A program made the translations under genes and the position numbers. Below are positions 29,091 through 39,897 of a stretch of 64,000 nucleotides of DNA, piece by piece. Origin of the DNA: Candidatus Pacearchaeota archaeon (GTDB taxonomy: Archaea; Nanobdellota; Nanobdellia; Pacearchaeales; GW2011-AR1); contig JBAZNI010000001.1 of NCBI GenBank assembly GCA_041649295.1, positions 76,720 through 140,719 of the forward strand, written 5' to 3'. The notes below the pieces were generated by a model. That model did no database searches and was not told the DNA's origin. It saw nothing but the letters and a program-made list of their open reading frames with translations. How positions within the stretch are numbered: the first letter of the stretch is position 1; the number at the start of each line of letters is the position of its first letter.

Positions 29091-29489
29091 GATTAATGTG
29101 AATAAAAATTTGTTGTTCTTTAAGCATGTGAGCTAGTTGATAGTAGAATAAAATTATATTAAATGTATCAAAACAAAACGAGTAGACATGGTTTCCTTAT
29201 AGATTTAAATTGTAGCTTTTAGTAACTGCAGACTGAACACGTCGCCGAAGCTTCGTGCTTACATCTCAGTTCTATCAACGTCCTCTTCTTGGACGGCCTA
29301 AATTGTCTCGTTTTGCGGATGGCTTCGTGCTTAGATGCTTTCAGCACTTATCCATACAATGCGTAGCTGCTCGGCATGCTCATAACAACCGATACACCAG
29401 AGGCATCCAAGTACCGTTCCTCTCGTACTAGATACTCGTTCCACTCAGACAATAACACACCTAGTAGATATCATACAAACTGTCTCACG

Positions 29490-30253
29490 TATATTTTTCC
29501 ACTTTTTCAAGTTGGTATGGACTATACCTTCATCCTTACTTTTTGTAAGGAGATCGACGTCTTAGCCATCTTTTGCAAGATGACTCTTGAGCTAAACTCT
29601 CAGTCTCTACGGGGATAAAGATTTATTTACCACTTCATAAGTTAATTTTCTTTTCTTAGAATAGTTAAGTTCTTTGAACTTATCTACAAGCTTACAAATA
29701 TCTAGAAAATCTTCATCAGATTTTTTATTATCTAATTTATTTAAGATTTCTAAACCAAGTTTTACTTGTCTTTTCTTTAACTTTATATATGGTTGCAGAA
29801 GTATCAAAATTTTATGAACTTCTTTTGGTTCAACAATAGTATAATCGCTAATTCCTGTTTTACGATGACGAATACATCCATTCTCAAATATATTTTTAAG
29901 CCATTCTAAAATCTCTTTATATTCTGTTTTTTGATAAAATGCTACTGAGCTTCTTATCTGAAACTTTTGTTTATAATCTGGCCTTGAAACTATCTGAAAG
30001 AAAATGCTTCCATCTCCATCTAAGAATCCTGCGATATATGCAAGTGTTGTTTCATCTGCAAATCTCATCTTCCCTCGGTATTACCATGCTTTATCTGTTT
30101 TTAATCTTTTATTTTAATCCTAAAAGGACAAATAAGTTTAGGTTTCACCGATATGAGTCGATTTTATTTTTCATAACATTACTGCTATGCAACGCCGTGT
30201 TTTGTGTTAACTCCATATTTCTATATTCACATGGGTCTGCTGGTTTTGTGTTG
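29490..30253 (-). mobile_element. Group I intron at LSU position 2593 (E. coli numbering)
   Basis: Exons AGAACGU^CGUGAGACAG; core elements AUCGGUGAA, AAUACCGAG, GUAGAGACU, AAGGUAUAGUCC; IGS CACG-GCGUU. Confidence 0.92.
29607..30068 (-). CDS. Single-motif LAGLIDADG homing endonuclease (I-CreI-like)
   Basis: LAYIAGFLDGDGSI, FYQK, LQPYIKLKKRQ; within L2593 intron. Confidence 0.95.
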   Translation of the reverse strand: MRFADETTLAYIAGFLDGDGSIFFQIVSRPDYKQKFQIRSSVAFYQKTEYKEILEWLKNIFENGCIRHRKTGISDYTIVEPKEVHKILILLQPYIKLKKRQVKLGLEILNKLDNKKSDEDFLDICKLVDKFKELNYSKKRKLTYEVVNKSLSP

Positions 30254-30910
30254 ACGTTCTTAACCCAGCTAACGATCCCTTTTAATATGTGAACTCCAGC
30301 ACCCTTGGTAGCTTATGCACTACCAGGTTAGGAAGAGCCGACAGCGATGTACCAAACCGCCCCGTCAATACGGACTATCGGGGGCGACAAGCCTGTTATC
30401 CTTGGGGTACCTTTTCTGTCACATTCGGAATCTATTAAGAATTCTCGAAGGTTCGCTAGAACCAGCTTTCGCTTCTGCATTTCTTGCTTTTCGAAATACA
30501 GTTAGATGAGCTTTTGCTCTTACACTCGACTCCAGATTTCCACCCTGGATGAGCTCATCTTTGTGCCCTGTAGATAGATTTTCTACAGGGTGCCGCCCCA
30601 GCCAAACTGCCCACAAGCTGCTGTTCTCTCAAGAGAGTAAGTGGTTCCTTAATTGGTAAGTAGTATTACACTGTTGCTCCACATCTACCGAAGTAAATGT
30701 CTCGACGCTCCTACCTATTCTATGTATCAATCAAAAAATCACAACAACATGCTGCAGTAAAGGTCCACAAGGTCTTAGCTTCCCACTAGGCATCACCGGC
30801 CTTTTCACCGGTTAATGATTTCAGAAGGTTCTGGTTAGGGACAGCGACCACCTCGTTAAACCATTCATGCAAGTCGCCATTCAGACGACAAGGTATTACG
30901 CTACCTTAAG

Positions 30911-31742
30911 CAAACTGTTACTTTTATAACCTTGAATTATTCAAGGCGGGTTTGCGCGAGCAAACCTCTATATGTCTCCATATAGATCGGACTATATCAT
31001 CACAAATTGCAATTTAGTTTTGTGTTTGGCGTATAGTCTCTGAGGATTCTAGAATTAAAATTATTTTGTTTTTTTAGTTTCATCTAAAAAACATTTTGAA
31101 AGCAATCTATCTAATGAATCATCAATTGCTATTTGTATGAATTCCTCTGGAGGAACTGCATAAAAATCCATCTTAGATTTACTCGATGTAAAAATAGGTA
31201 TTCCAGATTCAAACACTTTTGCTATTGGAATCCACAACCAAGTTTTATAATCAAATTCTTCATTTGATAAAACATACCAAATACTCAAACTAAATTTTCT
31301 TTGAATTGAAGAATAATTTTTTGTTTCTTCACTATCTATTGGATATGTTTTATATTCAGAACTTAATTTTTTGTATTTTACATCAACAAAAATAAATCCT
31401 AAATTTGGAATTAAAATTAAAAAATCAGGACGTTTTCCACTGAAATATTTTTTAAAAGCAAAAGATAATGTTTGAGTATCTTGTTGCAAATATAGATATG
31501 GTATATTATGTCTGTCTAGCCATTCTCTAAATTTTATTTCAGCTTCATTTCCTTTTTTCTTATTTTCTTCCTCTATCTGATTCATTTTAGATTAAGGTTG
31601 GCTTTACTTATAATTTTTTCTATTCTAGTCTTTCCTGCGGATTGTCCTTATCTTTTAAATTTTTACTATTGATAAACAATTAGTACCAAAAGCTTAACAG
31701 GATTTTCCCGCATACAGCCAAATTTAAACGCCCCCTAAATTG
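30911..31742 (-). mobile_element. Group I intron at LSU position 1923
   Basis: Exons CUAUGACCCU^CUUAAGGUAGC; intron ends in G; core UGCGGGAA, AAUCCGCAG, CUCAGAGACUA, GAUAUAGUCC. Confidence 0.92.
31061..31585 (-). CDS. Intron-encoded PD-(D/E)xK nuclease, putative homing endonuclease
   Basis: KGNEAE...RPDFL...FVDVK motif; lies between Q and R core elements. Confidence 0.75.
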   Translation of the reverse strand: MNQIEEENKKKGNEAEIKFREWLDRHNIPYLYLQQDTQTLSFAFKKYFSGKRPDFLILIPNLGFIFVDVKYKKLSSEYKTYPIDSEETKNYSSIQRKFSLSIWYVLSNEEFDYKTWLWIPIAKVFESGIPIFTSSKSKMDFYAVPPEEFIQIAIDDSLDRLLSKCFLDETKKTK

Positions 31743-34034
31743 AGGGTCATAGTTACCCCCGCCGTTTGATGGGCATTAGCCCCCTTGAAAAGAGGTTTCA
31801 GACACCACCACTGGACAGGTCTCACCGATTATACAAGTCCTTTCGGATTAGCAATCGGCTACGTTTTTGATAAACAGTCGGGCAGTCCTTGTTACTTAGA
31901 TCTACATATGCCTTCTAATATCAAAGACAAATATAGACACCCTTTATACCGAAGATACAGGGCCAATGTGCCGAATTCCCTTAACCAGTTTATCCCTTAC
32001 AGGTCTTAGCCTTCTCAGCTAGGGCACCAGTGCTAGATCTAGGTACAGCTATGCACTTTCTATTTATAGAACTTTTCACTGGCTCCGGGAATCAGGGGTT
32101 TTAGTTAAGATATTCATTTGCATCTTAGCATTATGCTCAACAAATTTCTATCTTAAATTCGCTTTCGCGACTCCACTTATCCAGAAGCAATTCCATAACA
32201 TAACAAAAGCACAAAGTTCAGGAATATTAACCTGATTTCCATCGAAGTGCTCAATTAAGACACTCCTTAGGTACTGACTAACCCTTGGCTAACGTATATT
32301 GCCAAGGAAACCGTGCCCTTACGACCTTTTCCATTCTCAGGAAAATTTGATCCTACTCCAGCCAGGATTTTCATTGCTTTTTGTTCCACACACTCTTTCG
32401 AGAATGCTTCTGCACAAAAAGCACGCCAGTTTACCAGAACACTCATCTGAGTGCCTCTATGGTATCGGTAGTATGCTTAGCCCCGTCCATTTTCAGGGCC
32501 AAAAACCTCGATAGGTGAGCTGTTACGCTTTCTTTAAAGGGTGGCTGCTTCTGTGCCTACCTCCCCACTGTCTCAGGTTTAAGACACCTTTTGATACACT
32601 TAGCATACATTAGGGACCTTAACCATAGTCTCCCTTGTTCGGGTCTCGGAACAGGACCTTACGCCCTGCCCCCGTTTCTTATTTTAAGCAGTATACAAAT
32701 TCTGAGTTGGAAAGAGTTCCGTAGCATAATGCTCTGCAAACTCAATCCGTACTTTACCTCGTATACAAACAAAATAAGGCTATACTAAGGCATATTTCAA
32801 CTGGAACCAGCCATCGCCAGATTAGATAGGCTTTTCACCCCTAATCACAAGTCATCCAAGTACATGCACATAACACCGGTTCAGGCCTCCATCCTTATTT
32901 CTAAGAACTTCGCCTTGCTCATGATTAGATCATCTGGCTTCGGGTCAATCCTCTGTGACTAAACGCCCTTTCAGACTCGCTTTCGCTTTGGCTACCAAAT
33001 GTTAACCTCGCCACAAAAAATAACTCCCTGGCCCATTTTTCGAAACGTACGTTACAACACCTTAATGCCGTAACAAACCGTGACTGTTAGATTTCAAGTC
33101 TTTTAACTCTCTGCCAAGAGTACTTTTCAGCTTTCCCTCGCGGTACTAGTACGCTATCGGACTTAAGTTAATATTTAGGGTTCGGAATTAATCTTCCGGT
33201 ATTCAGACCTCCAATTCGGGAAGCCCTACTCTTTTAAGAAACACCATATATTTTTATCTACGGGACTATCACCCTGTATTGTGCAACTTTCCAGAAACTT
33301 CAATAAAAATACTTAGGCATTGATTCTCACCACATCTCTATCTCTCTTTCGAAAGAAGATTCAGTTTGCCCTCTACCCTTTTCACTCGCTGTTACTAAGG
33401 GTATCGCTTTTGCTTTCTTTTCCTGCAGGTACTAAGATGTTTCAATTCCCTGCGTATGCCTGCTTCTCAGCATTCTCCGAAGAGAATGTAGAATCACATT
33501 AGGAGATCCCAAGATCAAAGTTCGCATGCAACTCCCTTGGGCTTTTCGCAGCTTGCCACGTCCTTCATCGCAACTTAAGCCAAGCTATCTGTCTAACAGC
33601 CTGTAAAATCAAATCTAAAGATATCATTAATAGATTTCTCTATCAAGATACCTATGGGAAACCATGTCTACTCGTTTCATTGACTATGAAAACTACTAGT
33701 TTTAATTAACTAATAATTTTTTAATTTATGTCTCAACTCCCCCCTCTAAATTTTTAAAGAGGTTCATATATTTCGACTAATTTACCGTCGATAAATAGCA
33801 ACCAGAATTAATCCATAGAGCTCTCTAAATTTAGAAAACTCTTATATGAATATCTGCTGATTACCATTTGATAAGATAGTTAGAAAAAAGAGGTTTAAAA
33901 AGGTTGCTGTCGTGTTTCTCTGGTGCATTAAGTGGTCTTAAAATTAGAAGAAGGAGAAAGTTTTTTAAATAACAATATGGTATAATTTTATGAGGTGGTA
34001 GTGCCTCAGACACTAATTCTGAGAGAGTGAAAAA

Positions 34035-34406
34035 ATGAAAAGAAGAATAGAATTAACTGAAGTATTATCAAACAGCAATTACAACAATTGTACGATTCGT
34101 ATTTATAAAGAAGGAGAGGATTATCCTTGTTCTGCATCAGATGAATTTTGCTTATGGAAAATAGATAATCATTATGTATTACAAATGCACTTAAAGTTAA
34201 GTCGTAATGTTCAAGGTTATTTTGAATGTTTGCCCGAAGTTTTTGGAGTATCTGATACGCTTGATGAAGCTCAAAAAAGGTTGCATGAAAAATCTAAATT
34301 AACTGCAGAAAAATTAGCTGAATATCTTCGTTTATATGGAGATATAATAGAATTAGTTGATAATACAAAATTTGCACCTGAAAGATTGCCAAGAGGGGGA
34401 AAGTAG
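34035..34406 (+). CDS. Hypothetical protein
   Basis: 123 aa ORF between the rRNA genes. Confidence 0.55.
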   Translation: MKRRIELTEVLSNSNYNNCTIRIYKEGEDYPCSASDEFCLWKIDNHYVLQMHLKLSRNVQGYFECLPEVFGVSDTLDEAQKRLHEKSKLTAEKLAEYLRLYGDIIELVDNTKFAPERLPRGGK

Positions 34407-34647
34407 AAATTCAATTAAAACTTTTATTAATCAATTCTAACCACCCATTCTCACTTTCAAATAAAATTATAATATATTTCATAACCCTTCATTAAATTCT
34501 ATTAAATAATTCTTTACATTATCACTTGAAGAAAATATCTTCTTTGCAGTATCCAAATCTATACTATTTAAAATATTCATAAAAGAGTTAAGGAATTACG
34601 ACTTTTAACCCTTTCTACCAACCGACAACGCACTAGAGAACTGTCGG

Positions 34648-34905
34648 TTAAAACATTTCAGTTGTTTTATCACAATTCATTTCACATCCAACGTAATACA
34701 TTAATGGTGCTATGAGAATTTTATCTGAAGATATAATTGCTCTGCTTATATCATAGTATCCTGCTTTTTCAGCAATTATATAACCCACCTTTCCTAAAGT
34801 AAAAGCTATTGTCACCCCATCTTTTTTTTCAGTAATTCTTTTTCTTGAAACTTCTATTAAATGTTTTCTTTTATTGCCGTCATCGTCGTGATTTGTATCT
34901 TTCAT
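34648..34905 (-). CDS. Hypothetical protein following tRNA-Ala 3' repeat
   Basis: 85 aa; TATA-like TTTTTAAA upstream; hairpin AACCGACA..TGTCGGTT downstream. Confidence 0.55.
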   Translation of the reverse strand: MKDTNHDDDGNKRKHLIEVSRKRITEKKDGVTIAFTLGKVGYIIAEKAGYYDISRAIISSDKILIAPLMYYVGCEMNCDKTTEMF

Positions 34906-34944
34906 ATTATTTTAGAAATATTTGTGTTTAAAAAGGTTTATTTA

Positions 34945-35478
34945 TATGGACCTGCCGGCGGAAAAATTAGGAAAATTTTAGTGCCGTCAGTTCCTATCAA
35001 CTTCGCTTCGCTCAGTTGATTAAATGGACCTGCCGGGAATTGAACCCCGAGCTCCTCGTTGCAAACAAATATATCCTAAAGGTAACTTTTTTGTGATGAG
35101 ATAATGTTTCATTAAAGCCTTTTTAATTTACATCAATAATTACCTGAATAATCCTCTCATTCTTCTATCATGCCTTCTTTTTTCATTTGGAGTTTCATAA
35201 TATACTCCTCCATCACCATGAAATTTCCTAGTACAATATGGACGAATATAAGGGGGAATTGGCACGCCTAATCTATCCCTAAATCTCAAATTATTATCAC
35301 TATCATCATCACTTTGCTCTCTGTTAGTATCAGTTTTTTCCATATTGTTTATTCCAAATATCTTATTTATAAATCCTTTGTTTTATGGACCTGCCGGCGG
35401 AAAAATTAGGAAAATTTTAGTGCCGTCAGTTCCTATCAACTTCGCTTCGCTCAGTTGATTAAATGGACCTGCCGGGAA
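34945..35478 (-). repeat. Two identical 95-bp units (34945-35039, 35384-35478), each with two tRNA-Ala 3'-end copies
   Basis: TGGACCTGCCGG occurs at 34947, 35025, 35386, 35464 and in the tRNA at 35572. Confidence 0.95.
35140..35343 (-). CDS. Hypothetical protein between tRNA-Ala repeats
   Basis: 67 aa; TTTATAAA upstream. Confidence 0.55.
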   Translation of the reverse strand: MEKTDTNREQSDDDSDNNLRFRDRLGVPIPPYIRPYCTRKFHGDGGVYYETPNEKRRHDRRMRGLFR

Positions 35479-35571
35479 CCAGAAACTCATAGAGTTTTGG
35501 CACAAAGAAATATTTTTTCTTTGATGTCTTCGATTTCCAGGCAGTATATTGAATTATAGAAATAATATATA

Positions 35572-35642
35572 TGGACCTGCCGGGAATCGAACCCAGACCC
35601 GTTCGTTGCAAACGAACAATTCTACCATTAGACTACAGGCCC
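35572..35642 (-). tRNA. tRNA-Ala(TGC)
   Basis: GGGCCTG/CAGGTCC-A with G3:U70; anticodon arm GTTCG-TTTGCAA-CGAAC. Confidence 0.92.
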
Positions 35643-35678
35643 TTATTCTAAGAATAAATTTATTACTTTTAAATCTTT

Positions 35679-35924
35679 TTAATTCTTTTTAATTCTTTTA
35701 TGATACACTGAATAACCAATTGTCCCTGCCTTTAATAATTCCCCGCTTCCTGTCCAAAGGATTCCTTTTCCAACTAATTCTGTCTCTGGAAAATTATGTC
35801 CAATTGCATAAAACGCTAATCCCACGCATGATAAACTTGTTGCGCCATAAATAAAACTTTTTCCAGCATCACTGACTAAATCCCTTAACCCCGAAACATT
35901 TCTTAAATGATTCATTAAAAACAT
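35679..35924 (-). CDS. Hypothetical protein
   Basis: 81 aa ORF. Confidence 0.45.
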   Translation of the reverse strand: MFLMNHLRNVSGLRDLVSDAGKSFIYGATSLSCVGLAFYAIGHNFPETELVGKGILWTGSGELLKAGTIGYSVYHKRIKKN

Positions 35925-36020
35925 AGTATATGTTTATTTATAAATATAGTGGACATAAAGTTCCACTATATTTTTTAGTGATTTGAAAAGTGTCTGTATA
36001 AGAGAATATGTTGGAAATTA

Positions 36021-36350
36021 TTAACGAGAGTCTCCATCTCCATGAAGAACACCTCTTTCTTTTCTAGATTTTAACTTTTCTATATTCTCTTCTGCAATTT
36101 CCTGAAGTGAAAAACCCAGTTCTGTAGATAATTGCGATAGATACCAAAGGATATCTCCTAATTCTTTTTTTAAATCGTTTATTCTTTTTTCTTTATCTTG
36201 ATTATTAGAATCCCTTAATATTTTTTTTAACTTTTCCATAACTTCTCCAGTTTCTCCACTCAATCCCAAAGAAGGATAAATCCAAGAAGGGTTTAATCTG
36301 GGATAAATCGCAGTTTCTTTTGATTTTTCTTGATATTCTTTAAAGTCCAT
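36021..36350 (-). CDS. MazG-like nucleotide pyrophosphohydrolase
   Basis: LGLSGETGEV.EK.KK, KELGDILWY, N..KL..R...G...G.GD.R. Confidence 0.92.
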   Translation of the reverse strand: MDFKEYQEKSKETAIYPRLNPSWIYPSLGLSGETGEVMEKLKKILRDSNNQDKEKRINDLKKELGDILWYLSQLSTELGFSLQEIAEENIEKLKSRKERGVLHGDGDSR

Positions 36351-36562
36351 AATAATTCATTGATTTTTAGAGTTATAAAACTTATCACACTTTGTGTAAG
36401 AAGATTTATGATAAAAAATGTAGCACAATTTATAAAAATTGTTGTATAGAAAATTATTCAAAATAATTTTTAGTGTTCTTAAATTAACACCTTAGCTATT
36501 TTGTTTAACTTACAGAATTAAAATGAAAAATGCAAATAGTTTCCAAGTGAATAATATAATTT

Positions 36563-38001
36563 AGGAGGTGATCCATCTGCAGGTTCCCCTACAGATACCT
36601 TGTGACGACTTAACCTACCTTGTCTTACAAAATTTCGAATCAAACGAGCCTCAACAATGCAAAACTCGGTTGGTTTGACGGGCAGTGTGTGCAAGGGGCA
36701 GGGACTTATTCACCGTTCACTGATAATGAACGATTACTACGGATTCCGGCGTCATGAAGCTGGGTTGCAAGCTTCAATCTGAACTAAGCTGGATATTTAA
36801 GATTGGCTCCTCTTTTCAGAGTTGCATCTCATTGAATGCAGCATTGACGCGCGCGTGTAGCCCAGGGGATTCGGGCAGTACTCACCTAACGTAGCCCGCA
36901 CCTTCCTCCCGGTTACCCGGGCAGTCTGTATACTGTTCTTCTTTGAAGTAAGTATACACACGGGTCTCGCCTGTTACCTGATTTAACAGGTCATCTCACG
37001 ACACAGGCTGACGTCGGCCATGCAACTCCTCTCAGCGTGTCAGGTAAGCCCTTCAGACTGACCTTCATTCTGCTGTCGCTCCTGGTGAGGTTCACGGTGT
37101 AGAATCTAATTGAACCGCACGCGTCACCCGTTGTAGTGCCCCCCCGCCAATTCCTTTAAGTTTCGGCCTTGCGACTATACTTCCCAGGTAGCACACTCTC
37201 CGGCTTCCCTACAGCACCGATGCCTCTCGAAGAGATACCGATGTTTAGTGTGCAGTGTTTACTGCTAGGACTACAAGGGTATCTAATCCTTTTCGCGACC
37301 CTAGCCTTCATCTCTCACTGTCAGATCTGTACTCGTAAGGTGCCTTCGCTATTGTTAGTCCATATAGGATCAACCCATTTTACCGGTACCCAATATGTAC
37401 TCCTTACGTCTTCCAGTCCCTAGCCATGCAGTATCTTTTGCGCGCCCTATATTTAAGATATAGGATTTTACAAAAGACTTACATAGCAAGCTACAGATGT
37501 TTTAGACCCAATAAATGTGGCTGCGACTTGAACCGCTGGTATTACCGCGGCGGCTGGCACCAGTCTTTCCCGGTCCTTATTCGCCAAACTTTTTACATTT
37601 AGCAAAAGTTTTTTCTTTTCGAAAAAACACTCTGGTTCACTTTGTCACGCTTTCGCGCATTGCAAAATATTCTTAACTGCTGCACCCCGTAGGGCTAGGA
37701 ATAGTGTCTCAGATTCCTTCTCAGGGCCTCTCCGCTAAGAGCCCTTACTGATCATCGGCTTGGTGGGCCATTGCCCCGCCAACAACCTAATCAGCCGCAG
37801 CCCCATCTTAAGGCTCGAATTTCAAAGATTATACATTCCAGTAATAATCTTCTATTGAGTATTGTTCTCAGTTTCCCGAGGGTATCCTCAACCTTAAGTA
37901 AGGTTAGCTACGTGTTACTGAGCAGTTCGCCCTCTTTCGAGAGACTTGCATGTCTAAACACAAACCAGATAGCCGCAGCCGCCAGCAGGATAAACTGGAA
38001 T
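36563..38001 (-). rRNA. rrs: 16S rRNA
   Basis: 5' AUUCCAGUUUAUCCUG, GUGCCAGCCGCCGCGGUAA, AAACUUAAAGGAAUUGGCGGGGG, 3' GGAUCACCUCCU; processing stem 36530-36548/38100-38118. Confidence 0.97.
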
Positions 38002-38250
38002 TAACCAATTACTTGCTTGGTGCAATATAAACATAGTTTATAGTTAATATTAAGGAAAACATATTAACGACCTAATCCTCCGACGGTCTTAACATTACAA
38101 CTTGGTAACTATTTGCATACCTCATCCCATATTAAAAATATGGAACTCATTTTAGCGAAGATAAACTTCGCTCATTACGTAATGAGAGTAAACTCTCAAT
38201 ATGATAAAATTAAATTGATGAAATAGGTTTATAAAGCTTTGGGAAAATTT

Positions 38251-38955
38251 TCAAAAATCAATAAGGGTAAGTACACCATAAAAGAGCAACAATAAAGATG
38301 TAAGAATAATTGGAGTCCAAATTAAAAGGATTTTTTTCTTTTTTGATTCACTAACTTGTTTTTTATTCAAATATAAATTTATTCCTATTAAAATTATGAG
38401 GGATATGTGTGAAAACAATATTAAAAACGAAAGAGTTGTATTAATTATTGTAGCTTCAATAAGAGAATTAAGATTATAATATGTAAAATATTCTACAACA
38501 TACCTTATTTTTTCAACAATTATATCTAAGATTAGATACATTAAAAAGAAGATTAAAACTCCCCCAAAAGCATATTTGGTAGTTTCAATTTTTTTGGAAA
38601 AGTGAGCAATCAAAACCGGGGGTAAAATAGTGATTATCATAATAAATATTAGGGTTAATATAGGAGACAAAGGATAAAAAAAAATAAAGAATTCAGAACA
38701 TAAAATAACCCAGAAAATTATTATTGAGGTTACTAGAGCAATTACCCCAATAATCATTAAAATCATCTTTCTTTTTTTAGGGTATTCAAGAGAAATAAAA
38801 TAAACTGTTAAAAATAACGATAGTATTCCAAAAACAGTGAGAAAGATAATACTGTCTTGATACCTATCAAAATTTGGAATACCTACTATATAGATAATTA
38901 ATGAAATTAATATAAAACACACAAAAGAAATTATTGCTTTTGTTTTATATTCCAT
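38251..38955 (-). CDS. Hypothetical multi-pass membrane protein
   Basis: 234 aa, ~7 TM segments. Confidence 0.65.
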   Translation of the reverse strand: MEYKTKAIISFVCFILISLIIYIVGIPNFDRYQDSIIFLTVFGILSLFLTVYFISLEYPKKRKMILMIIGVIALVTSIIIFWVILCSEFFIFFYPLSPILTLIFIMIITILPPVLIAHFSKKIETTKYAFGGVLIFFLMYLILDIIVEKIRYVVEYFTYYNLNSLIEATIINTTLSFLILFSHISLIILIGINLYLNKKQVSESKKKKILLIWTPIILTSLLLLFYGVLTLIDF

Positions 38956-39122
38956 AACTAATTTAAGGTTTTAAGCATTATAAATCTTTTGAAAATTAAT
39001 ACCTCATTCTACTTAAGATAAACACCTTTAATCATCGATAGAATAGTTTGCTTTAACATTAATCTGAATATATTTAGTTAAACTACACTTTAATTAATTT
39101 TTTAATTTTAGTAATAAAGAAA

Positions 39123-39407
39123 TTAATAGTATCCTCTTAATCTAATTGTATGGGTGTCGGTATGTTTTGGAGACATTTCATAACCATCATACATTGCCTC
39201 TTCATTCTCTAATCTTGCTCTTCGAATATTCGGGTCTTTTCTTGCTATGTCTTCTGGAACTTCTTTTTTGCCAAAGAACCAACCATAATATACATCAGTG
39301 AATACATGTTGAAGTTCACAATCAAGAGTAGAACAATAGCTAACAACCCTTATATTTTTTAGTTCTCTTTTATATTTTAATGTTATCCTATATTCTTTTC
39401 TTCCCAT
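39123..39407 (-). CDS. Hypothetical protein
   Basis: 94 aa ORF. Confidence 0.5.
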   Translation of the reverse strand: MGRKEYRITLKYKRELKNIRVVSYCSTLDCELQHVFTDVYYGWFFGKKEVPEDIARKDPNIRRARLENEEAMYDGYEMSPKHTDTHTIRLRGYY

Positions 39408-39463
39408 TTTATTCCCTATTCTTATTTTATTTATCCATGAGTTTTATTTAATTCAGATTAGAT

Positions 39464-39799
39464 TTAATCTGCTTTTTCAGCTTCTTCTCTTGTTAAATAT
39501 GCATTTCTTCCGGTATTTCCAAGTTCATAAGGCCTGCCTACTTGAGGAATACGAACAATTTCTCCAGGGTAAATTCTGTTATTTGTGGGACCATAAGCCC
39601 TTATGTCTTTTTCTGCCCACCCTTCTTTAGAATACAAACTTTCCATAGAATCTCCAGGTTTTACAACTACATAAGAAATTGGCGCACTTCCTATCGGATT
39701 TTTTTTTGTATCAGCACATATTGCAATACCTGCGAGTATGCCCCAAATAGAACATATCACTGCTATTGCTCCAATACCATTTGCTATTTTTCTTATCAT
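39464..39799 (-). CDS. Membrane-anchored LysM-like protein
   Basis: Likely start MIRKIANG; TM then YVVVKPGDSMESL...IYPGEIVRIP. Confidence 0.55.
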   Translation of the reverse strand: MIRKIANGIGAIAVICSIWGILAGIAICADTKKNPIGSAPISYVVVKPGDSMESLYSKEGWAEKDIRAYGPTNNRIYPGEIVRIPQVGRPYELGNTGRNAYLTREEAEKAD

Positions 39800-39897
39800 T
39801 GGTTTTTTATGAATCTCCCTGTTTATAAATCTTTCTGTTTTGTAACTTCTACCTAGTAAATACAAAAAGATTATAACTGCCAAAAACAAATAATTTT

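Larger units (their letters stand above)
29200..33610 (-). rRNA. rrl: 23S rRNA gene with two group I introns (ends approximate)
   Basis: Sarcin-ricin loop (+ strand GGTTCCTCTCGTACT-like at 29415), PTC motifs, GATGAAGGACGTGGCAAGCTGCG near 5' end; flanked by 21-bp inverted repeat 29176-29196/33657-33677. Confidence 0.97.

Noticed and set aside
29091..29200. 5S rRNA downstream of 23S
   Set aside because: Only the processing stem and AT-rich sequence; no 5S motifs recognised.
34945..35642. Possible CRISPR array
   Set aside because: Repeats are tRNA 3' ends with irregular and partly identical spacers; no cas genes.
29376..38004. ORFs inside rRNA (29376, 29939, 30315, 30419, 31785, 32299, 32591, 33320, 37169, 37771)
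   Set aside because: Chance frames overlapping rRNA or intron core sequence.
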